From positions 74,446 through 138,445 of the forward strand of contig JAPPBN010000026.1 in NCBI GenBank assembly GCA_026705025.1: DNA of 64,000 nt. Direction: 5' to 3'. This stretch comes from Chloroflexota bacterium (lineage in GTDB: Bacteria; Chloroflexota; Dehalococcoidia; Bin125). Each line of letters opens with the position of its first letter. Position 1 is the first letter of the stretch. Made by a program: the position numbers and the translations under genes. Below the pieces are notes generated by a model. It did not search any database. It was not told the origin of the DNA and saw only the letters and a list, made by a program, of their open reading frames with translations. This document shows positions 18,453-27,367 of the stretch, piece by piece.

Positions 18453-21278
18453 ATGACCAGACTCAGCGTCACCTTTGCGGCGCTCGCGGTTCCGAACTTC
18501 CGCCGCCAGTGGATTGCTTCGACGCTGGCGACGACGGCGTTCATGACGACGTTCGTGCTGGTGCCGATCGTGGCGTACCAGTTGACCGGCTCGTACGCGG
18601 CTTCGGGGTTTGCGGCGATGGGGAATGGCGTGGGGATGCTGTTCCTGACGCCGCTGGGCGGGGTGGTGGCGGATCGGTTCCCGAAGAAGCCGATCGTGCT
18701 GATGGGTCAGTATTCGACGTTGGTGGTGATCGCCGGCACCGGCGTACTGATCGCGACTGACTTGATCACAATCCCATTGCTCTTTGCCTCGACTCTGCTG
18801 AGCGGGGCCACATTTGCGCTGACCGGTCCAGCTCGCCAGTCGTGGGTGGCAGAGCTGGTGCCCGGCCGGCTCGTGCCCAACGCAGTCGCGTTGCAACAGA
18901 TGGGGATCAACATCGCCCAGGTGCTGGGGCCGACCCTCGCCTCGGTCGCGGTAGTCGCATTCAACGTGAATGCCGGCGGCGTGTACCTCGGAATCTCCCT
19001 GGTCTTCTTGATTGTCGTCCCGCTCAACCACCTCCTGCCTCGGACGATGCCCAAGGTCGTCGAGCGGCGATCGCCGCGGCGGGAGCTGGCGGACGGCTTC
19101 CACTATCTGCGACGCAATCCGCGGCTGCGGATTCTGTGGGTGTTCTGGCTCGTGATCGTGATTTGCGGATTCGCGATCCAGACGTTGATGCCGGGCATTC
19201 TGGACCAGGAGTTCTCGCGCTCTTCCGACGAAGCCGTGCTGATCAATGCGATCTTTGGGATATCCGCGCTCGCGATCAATCTGCCATTGGCTGGCCTGGT
19301 CGGCGGTCGGCTGGCCTGGCCGCTGTTGCTGGGCACGGCGATCCTGATGGCCGTTGGTCTGTGGATGGTGGCGTGGGCTCCGACATACGGACTGGTGCTG
19401 ATCCTGAGCGCCGTGGCCGGGGCGGGACGCTCGGGGGTGATGCTCGTCAACCAGGCGATCATGATGTCGAACACGAAGCCCGAGTACTTCGGCCGCGTGA
19501 TGGCCTACGTGCTGATGGCGTTCGGATTGCAGTCGATCACCGCGCCGGCCTGGGGCATCATCGCCGACGTTATCGGCGGTCGGGAGACGCTGCTGCTGGT
19601 CGGCGTGATCGTGGTTGGGGCGACCGCGCTGATGTTCCTCGGTTGGGTTACGACGCGGCGGCTGCCGCTCGAAGTTGGGACGGCCGCCGCCACGGTGGCG
19701 AACGCGTCGGGGCAACCGGAAGTCGAGACCGAACCGAGGACTGCTCCAAGCCCTGCGTACAGCCCGCTGTTTGCTGCGCAGGTTGCGCCGATCGTGCTGA
19801 TGGAGGGGCAGAACCGCGAGCCGCAATCCCGAGCGGCGATTAGCCTGAGGCTAATGAATCGCCTGCGGGATACCTTCGCCTCGCTCGCCGTGCGGGACTA
19901 CCGGCTGCTGTGGATCGGGTCGTTGATGGCGACGACGGCCTTCATGACCACGTTTTACCTGGTGCCGATCGTGGCCTACGAGATCACAGGTTCTTACGCC
20001 GCGTCGGGGTTCGCACAGGCCGGCATGGTTGCCCAACTCGTGCTGGGACCGTTTGGCGGCGTGATCGCCGACCGCTACAAGAAGAAGCCGCTGGTGCTGG
20101 GCAGCCAGATCATCCCTTGCGCGATCATCGTCGTGACCGGGATCCTGATCGTGAGCGACAGCATCACGATCCCGTTGCTATTCGGCTCGACCTTCCTGAT
20201 GGGCGGGACGTTCTCGTTGATGGGTCCGGCGCGGCAGTCGTGGGTCGTGGAGCTGGTGCCGCAGCGGCTGCTGCCCAACGCTGTCGCGTTGCAGAACATG
20301 TCGATCAACATCGCGGCCGTGATCGGGCCGGCGCTGGCCGCGATTCTCGTCGTCTCGATGGGCCTCAACTCGGGCATTCTCTACATGCTGGTGGCGGTGC
20401 CGTTTGTGATCGTGATCCCCCTGACGTTGATGATCAGCGGCAGCGGGCGGGCCACGCCTCCGGAGGAACGCAAGGCGATGGCGACCGAGATGCTGGCCGG
20501 CCTGACCTACATCACGCGGCGGCCAAACCTGCGCAGCCTCTGGTTGTTCTGGACGCTGATCGTGGTCACCGGATTTGCGCTGCAGACGCTGGTACCGGGC
20601 TTGCTGGACCAGGAATTCGGTCGGTCCGAGAGCGAGGCGCTGATTATTGGCACGATCTGGGGGGTGACGGCGTTGCCGATCAACATCATGCTGGCCGGGA
20701 TGGTCGGCGGACGCTGGGCCTGGCCGCTGCTGTTCCTCTCGGCGCTGGCGCTGGCCGGCGGCATCTGGCTGACTGCCTGGTCGCCGGTTTACGCGGTGCT
20801 GCTGATCGTCTCGGCGATCGCCGGCGGGGCGCGGTCGGCCGTGATGCTGCTCAACCAGGCGATCATGATGACGAACACGCGGCCCGAGTACTTCGGACGT
20901 GTGATCAGCTGGGTGTTCATGGCCTTTGGTCTGCAGGGCATCCTGGCGCCGGTCTGGGGGATCGTGGCTGACGCGATCGGCGGTCGGGAGACGCTGTACA
21001 TCGTGGGTCTGGTGGTTGTGGCCGGGACGATTCTGATGGCGTTGTCAAGGGCGCGGAATCGGCGGATTCCACCGGAGCCCGGGACGGCGGCCTACTCGAT
21101 CGCAGGTTTCGGCGGCGAACAGCCTCCCGAGCCTGAGCCTCGATTAGTCCCGTCCGAGCCGAGAACCGCTCCGAGCCCGGCGATCAGTCCGCTGTTTGCG
21201 GCTCGCCTGGCGCCGGTGGTGCTGATGGAGGGTCAGAAGCCGCGTTCTGCAGGGCCTGCGATCTCCGGCGGCGACTAG
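18453..21278 (+). CDS. tandem-fused double MFS transporter (array units 4+5 in one 941-aa ORF)
   Basis: Two complete 12-TM MFS_3 domains. The second begins at in-frame ATG 19854 (MNRLRDTFASLAVRDY..). No stop in the junction ...MEGQNREPQSRAAISLRLMNRL... Confidence 0.75.
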   Translation: MTRLSVTFAALAVPNFRRQWIASTLATTAFMTTFVLVPIVAYQLTGSYAASGFAAMGNGVGMLFLTPLGGVVADRFPKKPIVLMGQYSTLVVIAGTGVLIATDLITIPLLFASTLLSGATFALTGPARQSWVAELVPGRLVPNAVALQQMGINIAQVLGPTLASVAVVAFNVNAGGVYLGISLVFLIVVPLNHLLPRTMPKVVERRSPRRELADGFHYLRRNPRLRILWVFWLVIVICGFAIQTLMPGILDQEFSRSSDEAVLINAIFGISALAINLPLAGLVGGRLAWPLLLGTAILMAVGLWMVAWAPTYGLVLILSAVAGAGRSGVMLVNQAIMMSNTKPEYFGRVMAYVLMAFGLQSITAPAWGIIADVIGGRETLLLVGVIVVGATALMFLGWVTTRRLPLEVGTAAATVANASGQPEVETEPRTAPSPAYSPLFAAQVAPIVLMEGQNREPQSRAAISLRLMNRLRDTFASLAVRDYRLLWIGSLMATTAFMTTFYLVPIVAYEITGSYAASGFAQAGMVAQLVLGPFGGVIADRYKKKPLVLGSQIIPCAIIVVTGILIVSDSITIPLLFGSTFLMGGTFSLMGPARQSWVVELVPQRLLPNAVALQNMSINIAAVIGPALAAILVVSMGLNSGILYMLVAVPFVIVIPLTLMISGSGRATPPEERKAMATEMLAGLTYITRRPNLRSLWLFWTLIVVTGFALQTLVPGLLDQEFGRSESEALIIGTIWGVTALPINIMLAGMVGGRWAWPLLFLSALALAGGIWLTAWSPVYAVLLIVSAIAGGARSAVMLLNQAIMMTNTRPEYFGRVISWVFMAFGLQGILAPVWGIVADAIGGRETLYIVGLVVVAGTILMALSRARNRRIPPEPGTAAYSIAGFGGEQPPEPEPRLVPSEPRTAPSPAISPLFAARLAPVVLMEGQKPRSAGPAISGGD

Positions 21279-21401
21279 CTCGCGGCCGGAGCGGGAGCTT
21301 TTGCATCGGAAACCCAGGCAGTTTCCTCTCCCGCGGAAATCCCTCTCTTCGGAGCTAGACTTGCTCCCGTTGTGCTGATGGAGGGTCAGAAACCGCGGTG
21401 A
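21279..21401 (+). pseudogene. relic: duplicated MFS C-terminal tail (..EIPLFGARLAPVVLMEGQKPR*) in frame after the stop of 18453..21278
   Basis: The 26 nt gtgctgatggagggtcagaaaccgcg match the tail of the upstream gene at 25/26 positions. TGA overlaps the GTG start of the next MFS gene. Confidence 0.5.
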
Positions 21402-22741
21402 GCGAGCCGCCAACGCCAGCCGTTCTCCGGCAGCAGCCAGTGCTGCCCGAGTTTCCCTCGTCGCCGGGCCTTTGGCGAACTCCCGGCTATCGATGGCTCT
21501 GGATCGCCACCCTCTTGCTCGGCACCGGGTACGGTGTCACCTTGTCCAGTCAAGCCTCCTTCTGGGACGAAACGGCGTTCGACTCGACGACGATTGCATT
21601 TGTTGGTCTGAGTAATGGAATCGGAATCTTGTTTGGGTACCTGCTGGCCGGGCTGACCGCGGATCGCCGTCCAAAGCGGTCACTGGTCCGGATTCAGGTG
21701 CTGGCAACGGCCGGGTTGTCCGCGCTCACTGCGGTCCTCGCGCTCGCCATCGGGTTGGCAGGAGACTGGTTCTTCGTATTGGCGGTGTTGTTTGGCGTTG
21801 CACACGGCGCGGCGTTCGCTGTGATGCTCGGTTGGACCGCAGAGATACTTCCCCGACGGTTGATTGCCAAGGGCGTGATTGTCGTGGCCCTCGCGGGCTA
21901 CGCGCAGACGCTCTTGACAGTGGTTCCCGGCGTGTCTGTCCGCGGCGAACCGAGCGCTGTGTTCTGGTTCTTCGCAGTTGCCTGCTTGGCTTACCTGCTG
22001 ACTGCATTGGCAGTCAGGAAGGTTCCTGCTTTGACTCCAGTCTGTGCCGACACCAGCACGATCGGGGAGCTTCGGCTCGCATTGAGGTACTTATGGGGCG
22101 ACGTTCGGCTCAGGTCGCTCTGCGCTTATGCCCTGGGTGCCAGCGCGGCGATGACATTTGCGGAAGCAGCCATTCTGCACCTGTTGTGGGTAGAACATGG
22201 CTTTCGCTCCTGGGACTACACGCTTCCGTTCATAGCTCGGGGCGGGGCCTACTTCGTGTCGACGCTCGCGCTCGTCTTTCTCATTAGCAGCCGCCACCGA
22301 TGGTTGTTGTTCGTCGTGGCGGCAGTGTTGCTAGGGATCGCTGTCGCGCTGCTTGCTGCATCATCCGTGGTCGCCACACTGACGATGCTTATGGCCCTCG
22401 TGGGCTTGGCGTCTCCGATCGTACTGATCGGTTATCGGGCGCTGGGACTGTCGGTTACCCGTTCCTTGTTCTTCGGTCGCGTTGCGGCTCTAATGTTGTT
22501 CGTGGATAGTCTGCTGGATTTTGCAGCGGGATTTCTCCGGGTACACCTCTTCGATCTACTCAACGGACGCATCGCGGTCCTGACGTGCGGATTGTTGCTC
22601 ACTCTGTTGGCATTTTGGTTTTGGACCCGGTGGCGCCGTTTCCGATTCCTGAGTGAAGATCCAGATGTTACCGAGACCGATGTGCCGAGGAATCTGTTGT
22701 TGAATGCCGTAGCGCCGCAGAAGACTGCCCGGCTGGACTAG
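21398..22741 (+). CDS. MFS transporter, divergent member of the array (unit 7)
   Basis: 447 aa, ~12 TM; GTG start; tail ...LLNAVAPQKTARLD retains a trace of the array tail motif. Confidence 0.75.
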   Translation: MSEPPTPAVLRQQPVLPEFPSSPGLWRTPGYRWLWIATLLLGTGYGVTLSSQASFWDETAFDSTTIAFVGLSNGIGILFGYLLAGLTADRRPKRSLVRIQVLATAGLSALTAVLALAIGLAGDWFFVLAVLFGVAHGAAFAVMLGWTAEILPRRLIAKGVIVVALAGYAQTLLTVVPGVSVRGEPSAVFWFFAVACLAYLLTALAVRKVPALTPVCADTSTIGELRLALRYLWGDVRLRSLCAYALGASAAMTFAEAAILHLLWVEHGFRSWDYTLPFIARGGAYFVSTLALVFLISSRHRWLLFVVAAVLLGIAVALLAASSVVATLTMLMALVGLASPIVLIGYRALGLSVTRSLFFGRVAALMLFVDSLLDFAAGFLRVHLFDLLNGRIAVLTCGLLLTLLAFWFWTRWRRFRFLSEDPDVTETDVPRNLLLNAVAPQKTARLD

Positions 22742-23712
22742 TCCGCCTGGGCGAGTTCTCCGAGGAAGGCCCGGGTTCTGGTGATGTGGGATTCGGCGTC
22801 GTCGACGAGGACGACGATGGCGGCGAGCATTTCGTCGACTCCGTAGTTGTCGTGCATTGAGCGGACGCGGTCTCCGACCTCCGACTCTGAGCCGCTGACA
22901 ATCAGCGCGTCGGCCATGCGATCGGTGAAGTCCCGGCCGGCGGCTTCGTCGTAGCCGGCGTCCTGGAGCATCTGCGAGTAGTAGGGCAGGCGTTGGTAGA
23001 AGCCGAACTGGCGTCGGGCGGCGGCGTGGATCGCTTCTGTGTCCTCGCTCAGGATGATCGGCGTGTGGACGACCATCTGAGGCCGGCCGCGTCCGGCGAG
23101 GTCGGCGCCGGCCTGCTGGGCAGGCAGGGCGACATCGCGGATGTAGGGCAGGGGCGACATCCAGGAGATGCCGCCAGCGGTGATCTCACCGGAGAGCGAC
23201 CAGGCCTTCTCGCGCAGCGCGGAGATCATCGTCTGCACCTGTGTCGGTCCGCCGGGCAGCTGGGCGCGGGCGGTGATCAGTTCGCCTTCGTGGTTGACTT
23301 CGCCCTCTTCAAGCAGCGCGCGGCAGATGTCGACGTATTCGCGCAGGTGGGAAAGCGGCTTGTGGAAGGGCATGCCCCAGGTGCCTTCGATGGCGGGTTT
23401 GTGGGAGGGGCCGAGGCCGAGGATCATGCGTCCCGGGGCCATCTGGTCGACGCTGGCTGCGCCCTGGACCATGGAGATCGGGTGGCGCGGGTAGGTGGGC
23501 ACGATCGAGGTGCCGAAGGTGATTCGATCCGCTCCCGAGAGAGCAGCGCCGACGAAGACGGCGAACGGGTCCGGGGCGGGGCCGCCGACGGTCAGCCAGG
23601 CGGTGTCGAGTCCGTCGCGGTCGGCGGCGACGATGCCGTCGATCAGGGCGGGGGCGCCCATCATCTGGATGTTCTGGAGCGCGATGTGTACGCCGATGCG
23701 CATGTTCTTCAT
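22738..23712 (-). CDS. LLM-class (luciferase-like) flavin/F420-dependent oxidoreductase
   Basis: 324 aa; TIM-barrel LLM family pattern. Confidence 0.8.
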   Translation of the reverse strand: MKNMRIGVHIALQNIQMMGAPALIDGIVAADRDGLDTAWLTVGGPAPDPFAVFVGAALSGADRITFGTSIVPTYPRHPISMVQGAASVDQMAPGRMILGLGPSHKPAIEGTWGMPFHKPLSHLREYVDICRALLEEGEVNHEGELITARAQLPGGPTQVQTMISALREKAWSLSGEITAGGISWMSPLPYIRDVALPAQQAGADLAGRGRPQMVVHTPIILSEDTEAIHAAARRQFGFYQRLPYYSQMLQDAGYDEAAGRDFTDRMADALIVSGSESEVGDRVRSMHDNYGVDEMLAAIVVLVDDAESHITRTRAFLGELAQAD

Positions 23713-23765
23713 GTTGGGTCTCCTCTAGCTGCGGCTGCTTATGGCAGGGTAGTCGTAGGCAGAGT

Positions 23766-23845
23766 GCCCCCCTTTGCCTTCGGCATCCCCGCATCAAGTG
23801 CGGGGCAGGCTTCCCCTTGCGAAGCGGGGGGAGAGGGGAAAGTTG
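23766..23845. repeat. palindromic repeat, family C (composite with ccccgcatcaagtgcgggg hairpin)
   Basis: cccctttgccttcggcatc ... gaagcggggggagagggg. Confidence 0.65.
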
Positions 23846-23893
23846 CGAGGTATCCACTGCCCCTTCGCGAGTGGAGACGGAGTTCGCAGTCGC

Positions 23894-24736
23894 TTACTCG
23901 TAGACCGAGCCGGTGGCGAGCTCGATTTGCTTGGCGCCTCGTACTCCATCGACGAACTGGGCTCCGGTGGTGTCGTGTCCGGGGAGGAGGAAGGCGTCTC
24001 GATCGGCGGCGATGGCGGCGATCTTGTCGATCGAGTGGTTCCAGGCTTCGGTGTCCATGTCTATGGGTGAGTTCGCGGGCGGTGGTCCGAGCGTGTCGTG
24101 GAAGAACATGGCGTCAGATGTGAGGAGGACCCAGCCGGTCTGGTCGAGGCGCGCCAGAATGCCCATTGTTCCCGGCGTGTGTCCGGGCAGCGAGATGCAC
24201 CACAGGTCTTTGGCGATTTCCTGGTCGCCGTACATCAGCATCTGCGGGGCTCGAGAGACGAAGTTCCAGTCGGCGCGGATGAAGAATTCATCGGCGTCGG
24301 CGACGTTGGTGACGACGTGGCGCCACTCATCTTCGTGGACGACGATCGTGGCTCCGGCGTCTTCGAACAGCCTGAGACCGCCGGCATGGTCGGCATGCAG
24401 GTGGCCCTGGATGACATGCGAGAAGTCTTCGGGCGCGAGGTTGCGCTGCTGGAGTACGGCTTCGAGGCAGACCTCGGGCGTGATGGCGTCGAGGTTGAGC
24501 ATTTGCAGCCAGTCGGGCAGCCACTCGGAGGCCCAGGTGGGCGCGATGCCGGTCTCGAAGAGGATCAGGCCGGCGTCGGGGTGATCGATGACGTAGGAGA
24601 GGGCGGGACACTGATACATGCCGTCGATGACGTCGCCGTCGAAGCGCTCTGGTTCGCGTCCGAGGGATGGATTGAACAGGGCCGCTATCGGCATGGGAAA
24701 CGTGCCGAGCTGGAGTCCGTAGATTTTGATGCCCAT
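23894..24736 (-). CDS. MBL-fold metallo-hydrolase (AHL-lactonase-like)
   Basis: 280 aa; HLHADHAGG (HxHxDH) metal-binding motif. Confidence 0.8.
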   Translation of the reverse strand: MGIKIYGLQLGTFPMPIAALFNPSLGREPERFDGDVIDGMYQCPALSYVIDHPDAGLILFETGIAPTWASEWLPDWLQMLNLDAITPEVCLEAVLQQRNLAPEDFSHVIQGHLHADHAGGLRLFEDAGATIVVHEDEWRHVVTNVADADEFFIRADWNFVSRAPQMLMYGDQEIAKDLWCISLPGHTPGTMGILARLDQTGWVLLTSDAMFFHDTLGPPPANSPIDMDTEAWNHSIDKIAAIAADRDAFLLPGHDTTGAQFVDGVRGAKQIELATGSVYE

Positions 24737-24768
24737 CGTGGCGCTCCGTTCATCGTCTGAGCGCCACG

Positions 24769-25977
24769 CTAGCCGTTGTCGTAGCCCCTGGTGATCGGAT
24801 CGTCGGTGCGCTGTCCGGCCTGGCCGTCGGGGGCGAAGTCGTCGACGGTCTGGGCCAGATCGCTGCGATCGCGGGGCGCAGGGATCTCCTGTGCGCCCTC
24901 GACCTGGCTGGCCAGGTGGAGCGTCTGCGTGGGGAAGGCAAACTCGACCTGCAGTTCGTTGGCAAGGCGGATGATGTCGAGGTTGAAGACGTGTCGGGTG
25001 CGGAGCTCTTCGTTCCAGTCGGAGGCGCCGATGAAGGTGTAGACCATGATGTTGAGCGCAGAATCGCCGAAGCTGTGGAGTTCGACGATGTAGTAGTCGT
25101 GGCGCATGTTCTCGTTGGAGCGGACGATCGCGCGTACGCCCTCGACGAAGGCCTGGATGCGGTCGGGATCGGTGTGGTAGGCGATGCCCACGGTCGTGTA
25201 GTAGCGGCGCCAGGTGCGCTGGCCCATGTTGTTCACGGCAGTGTCGGTCATACGCGCGTTGGGGACGGTGATCAGCGAGTCGGCGAAGGTGCGGATGCGT
25301 GTGGAACGGAAGCCGACCTGTTCGACCGTGCCTTCGATGTCGTCCAGGATCACCCAGTCACCGACCTGGAAGGGCTTGTCGGCGAGGATCGTGGCGCCGC
25401 CAAGGAGGTTCTTGAGCGTGTCCTGCGCGGCGAGAGCGACGGCGAGGCCGCCCAGGCCGAGACCGGCGATCAGCGAGGTGATGTTGACGTCAAGGTTCTG
25501 CAGGATGAAGACCGCTCCGATGGCGCCGACAAAGATTTTTCCAGCAGTACGCGCCAGGGGGACCAGTTGGTCGTCGAGCTTGGAGTCGGTCTCGGCTGCC
25601 ATCTCCCGCCAGTAGTCAGCGGCGGCGTCGACCAGCCTGAAGCCGACCAACACTCCGGCGAAGGTTGAGGCGAAGTTGGCGAAGATTTCGACGACGTTCT
25701 CGACATCGGGATCGAAGTCGAGGACTGGAAAGCCGATCGCCAGTGTGATTGCACCGAGCAACAGGAGCAGCGGACGCTGCATCCGTTTGAGCTCGAACTG
25801 CCAGAACTCGTGCCGCTCGGGCGCGGTGCGTCGCCTGATGGCCTGATTGAGCGCGAAGATGATGCCGAATCGCGCAATGACGATAATCAGCGCCATCACG
25901 CCGAGTCCGACGAACTGCCAGATCTCGATGCCGATCACCGACTCGTTGAGCCAGTTGAAGACGAGGTTGGGAGACAT
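24769..25977 (-). CDS. mechanosensitive ion channel, MscS family
   Basis: 402 aa; TM helices then the MscS beta-domain pattern GDWVILDDIEGTVEQVGFRSTRIRT. Confidence 0.85.
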   Translation of the reverse strand: MSPNLVFNWLNESVIGIEIWQFVGLGVMALIIVIARFGIIFALNQAIRRRTAPERHEFWQFELKRMQRPLLLLLGAITLAIGFPVLDFDPDVENVVEIFANFASTFAGVLVGFRLVDAAADYWREMAAETDSKLDDQLVPLARTAGKIFVGAIGAVFILQNLDVNITSLIAGLGLGGLAVALAAQDTLKNLLGGATILADKPFQVGDWVILDDIEGTVEQVGFRSTRIRTFADSLITVPNARMTDTAVNNMGQRTWRRYYTTVGIAYHTDPDRIQAFVEGVRAIVRSNENMRHDYYIVELHSFGDSALNIMVYTFIGASDWNEELRTRHVFNLDIIRLANELQVEFAFPTQTLHLASQVEGAQEIPAPRDRSDLAQTVDDFAPDGQAGQRTDDPITRGYDNG

Positions 25978-26004
25978 GGCGGGGTCCGGGATGAGTGTCT
26001 TGAC

Positions 26005-26048
26005 GCCGCCCTCACCCTAGCCCTCTCCCGCAGGGAGAGGGGGCAAGA
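26005..26048. repeat. palindromic repeat, family B
   Basis: gccgccctcaccctagccctctcccgcagggagaggggg. Confidence 0.7.
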
Positions 26049-26137
26049 AGGTCACTCGGTGCTCTATTCCCTCCCCAAATGACAGGGAATGCGGACCGGG
26101 AGCCGTATGGGAACGCGGGTCAACTATGCAGTTTCGG

Positions 26138-26341
26138 CTAGGCCGTTGAGGGATTGTGCTCGAAGCCGCAGGCCTTGTGTGAGCCGTCGCAGAATGGCTT
26201 CATGTCCGACTGTCCGCAGCGGCAGAGCGCGACCATCGACCCCTTGGGATTGGGGATTGTCGAGCCGTCATTCGCCTTGAGGGTGAGTCCCTCGGTCGAG
26301 ATCAGGATCGGTCCGTTCGCGTTGATCGTGATTTCCGCCAT
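26138..26341 (-). CDS. CDGSH-type iron-sulfur domain protein
   Basis: 67 aa MAEITINANGPILI...CRCGQSDMKPFCDGSHKACGF. The longer ORF to 26911 is an off-frame artefact upstream of this Met. Confidence 0.7.
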   Translation of the reverse strand: MAEITINANGPILISTEGLTLKANDGSTIPNPKGSMVALCRCGQSDMKPFCDGSHKACGFEHNPSTA

Positions 26342-26431
26342 GCCGTGCTCCGATGCTCTGGATTGCTGGGAGTCAGGGCTAGCATAGCGACCGAGCCAGA
26401 TCGCAGCGCCTGAGCAGCAGTAGCCGGAGCA

Positions 26432-27364
26432 GTGTCCATGCGACTTACCGTTGAGTTTCCCTCCGTGATCCACCGAGACGGCCCCACCGAGATCGCCCGG
26501 CTGGCGAGCGCGATCGAGGAGATCGGCTACGACGAGATCGACATTTTTGATCATGTGATCAACGGGTATCAGATTGAGGGGCGCGATCCGGCGCCGTATC
26601 CGGCGACGATGCCGTTGCTGGAGGCGTTGGTCACGCTGGGCTACATCGCCGCGGTGACCGAGCGGGTCGGACTGGGGACCGAGGTCCTCGTCTTGCCGCA
26701 GCGACAGCCGGTGCTGGCGGCGAAGCAGTTCAGCACGATCGATACGCTGTCGGGCGGGCGTTTGCGAGTCGGGGTCGGCGTGGGCTGGCAGGAGTCGGAG
26801 TATGACGCGCTGGGCATGGACTTCCGCACGCGCGGGCGAGCGATGGATGAGGCGATTGCGTTGATGCAGGCCTGCTGGCGCGACGAGACGATTGAGTTTG
26901 GCGGGGAGCATTTTCAGGCGGAGTCGATGGCGATGGAGCCGAAGCCGCCGCAGGGCGGCGGGATCCCACTGTGGATCGGCGGCGGCTCCAAAGCAGCGCT
27001 GCGGCGAGCCGGTCGGGTAGGCGACGGCTGGATGGCCTCAGGCATGCTGGGCTCGCAGGGAGCGGAGGCGATTGCCGAGGTGAAGCGGGAGGCGGAGGAG
27101 GCGGGTCGCGATCCGGATGCGCTGGGCTTCCAGTGTCAGCTGGCGACGCCGCCGCGGGCGGGCGACCCGTCGACGCGGGAGTACTGGGCGCGGATCCCGG
27201 ACGTGGCCGCGACGGCGGCAGCGGCGCAGGAGGCTGGCTTCGGCTGGGCGGCGGTGAACGTGACCGGCGTGTTCGTGGCGGGGGCGCGTTCGATCGACGC
27301 GATGATCGAGCAACTTGGCCTGCTGCACGACGCGATCCGGGCGGAAACGGGCCGGGACGAATAA
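26432..27364 (+). CDS. LLM-class F420-dependent oxidoreductase (TIGR03619-like)
   Basis: 310 aa; luciferase-like TIM barrel, typical LLM N-terminus. Confidence 0.8.
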   Translation: MSMRLTVEFPSVIHRDGPTEIARLASAIEEIGYDEIDIFDHVINGYQIEGRDPAPYPATMPLLEALVTLGYIAAVTERVGLGTEVLVLPQRQPVLAAKQFSTIDTLSGGRLRVGVGVGWQESEYDALGMDFRTRGRAMDEAIALMQACWRDETIEFGGEHFQAESMAMEPKPPQGGGIPLWIGGGSKAALRRAGRVGDGWMASGMLGSQGAEAIAEVKREAEEAGRDPDALGFQCQLATPPRAGDPSTREYWARIPDVAATAAAAQEAGFGWAAVNVTGVFVAGARSIDAMIEQLGLLHDAIRAETGRDE

Positions 27365-27367
27365 GCC

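Noticed and set aside
18003-19826. 607-aa minus-strand ORF across the MFS array
   Set aside because: Antisense to well-supported MFS genes. Arg/His/Pro/Gln low-complexity composition with no domain pattern. A typical high-GC shadow ORF.
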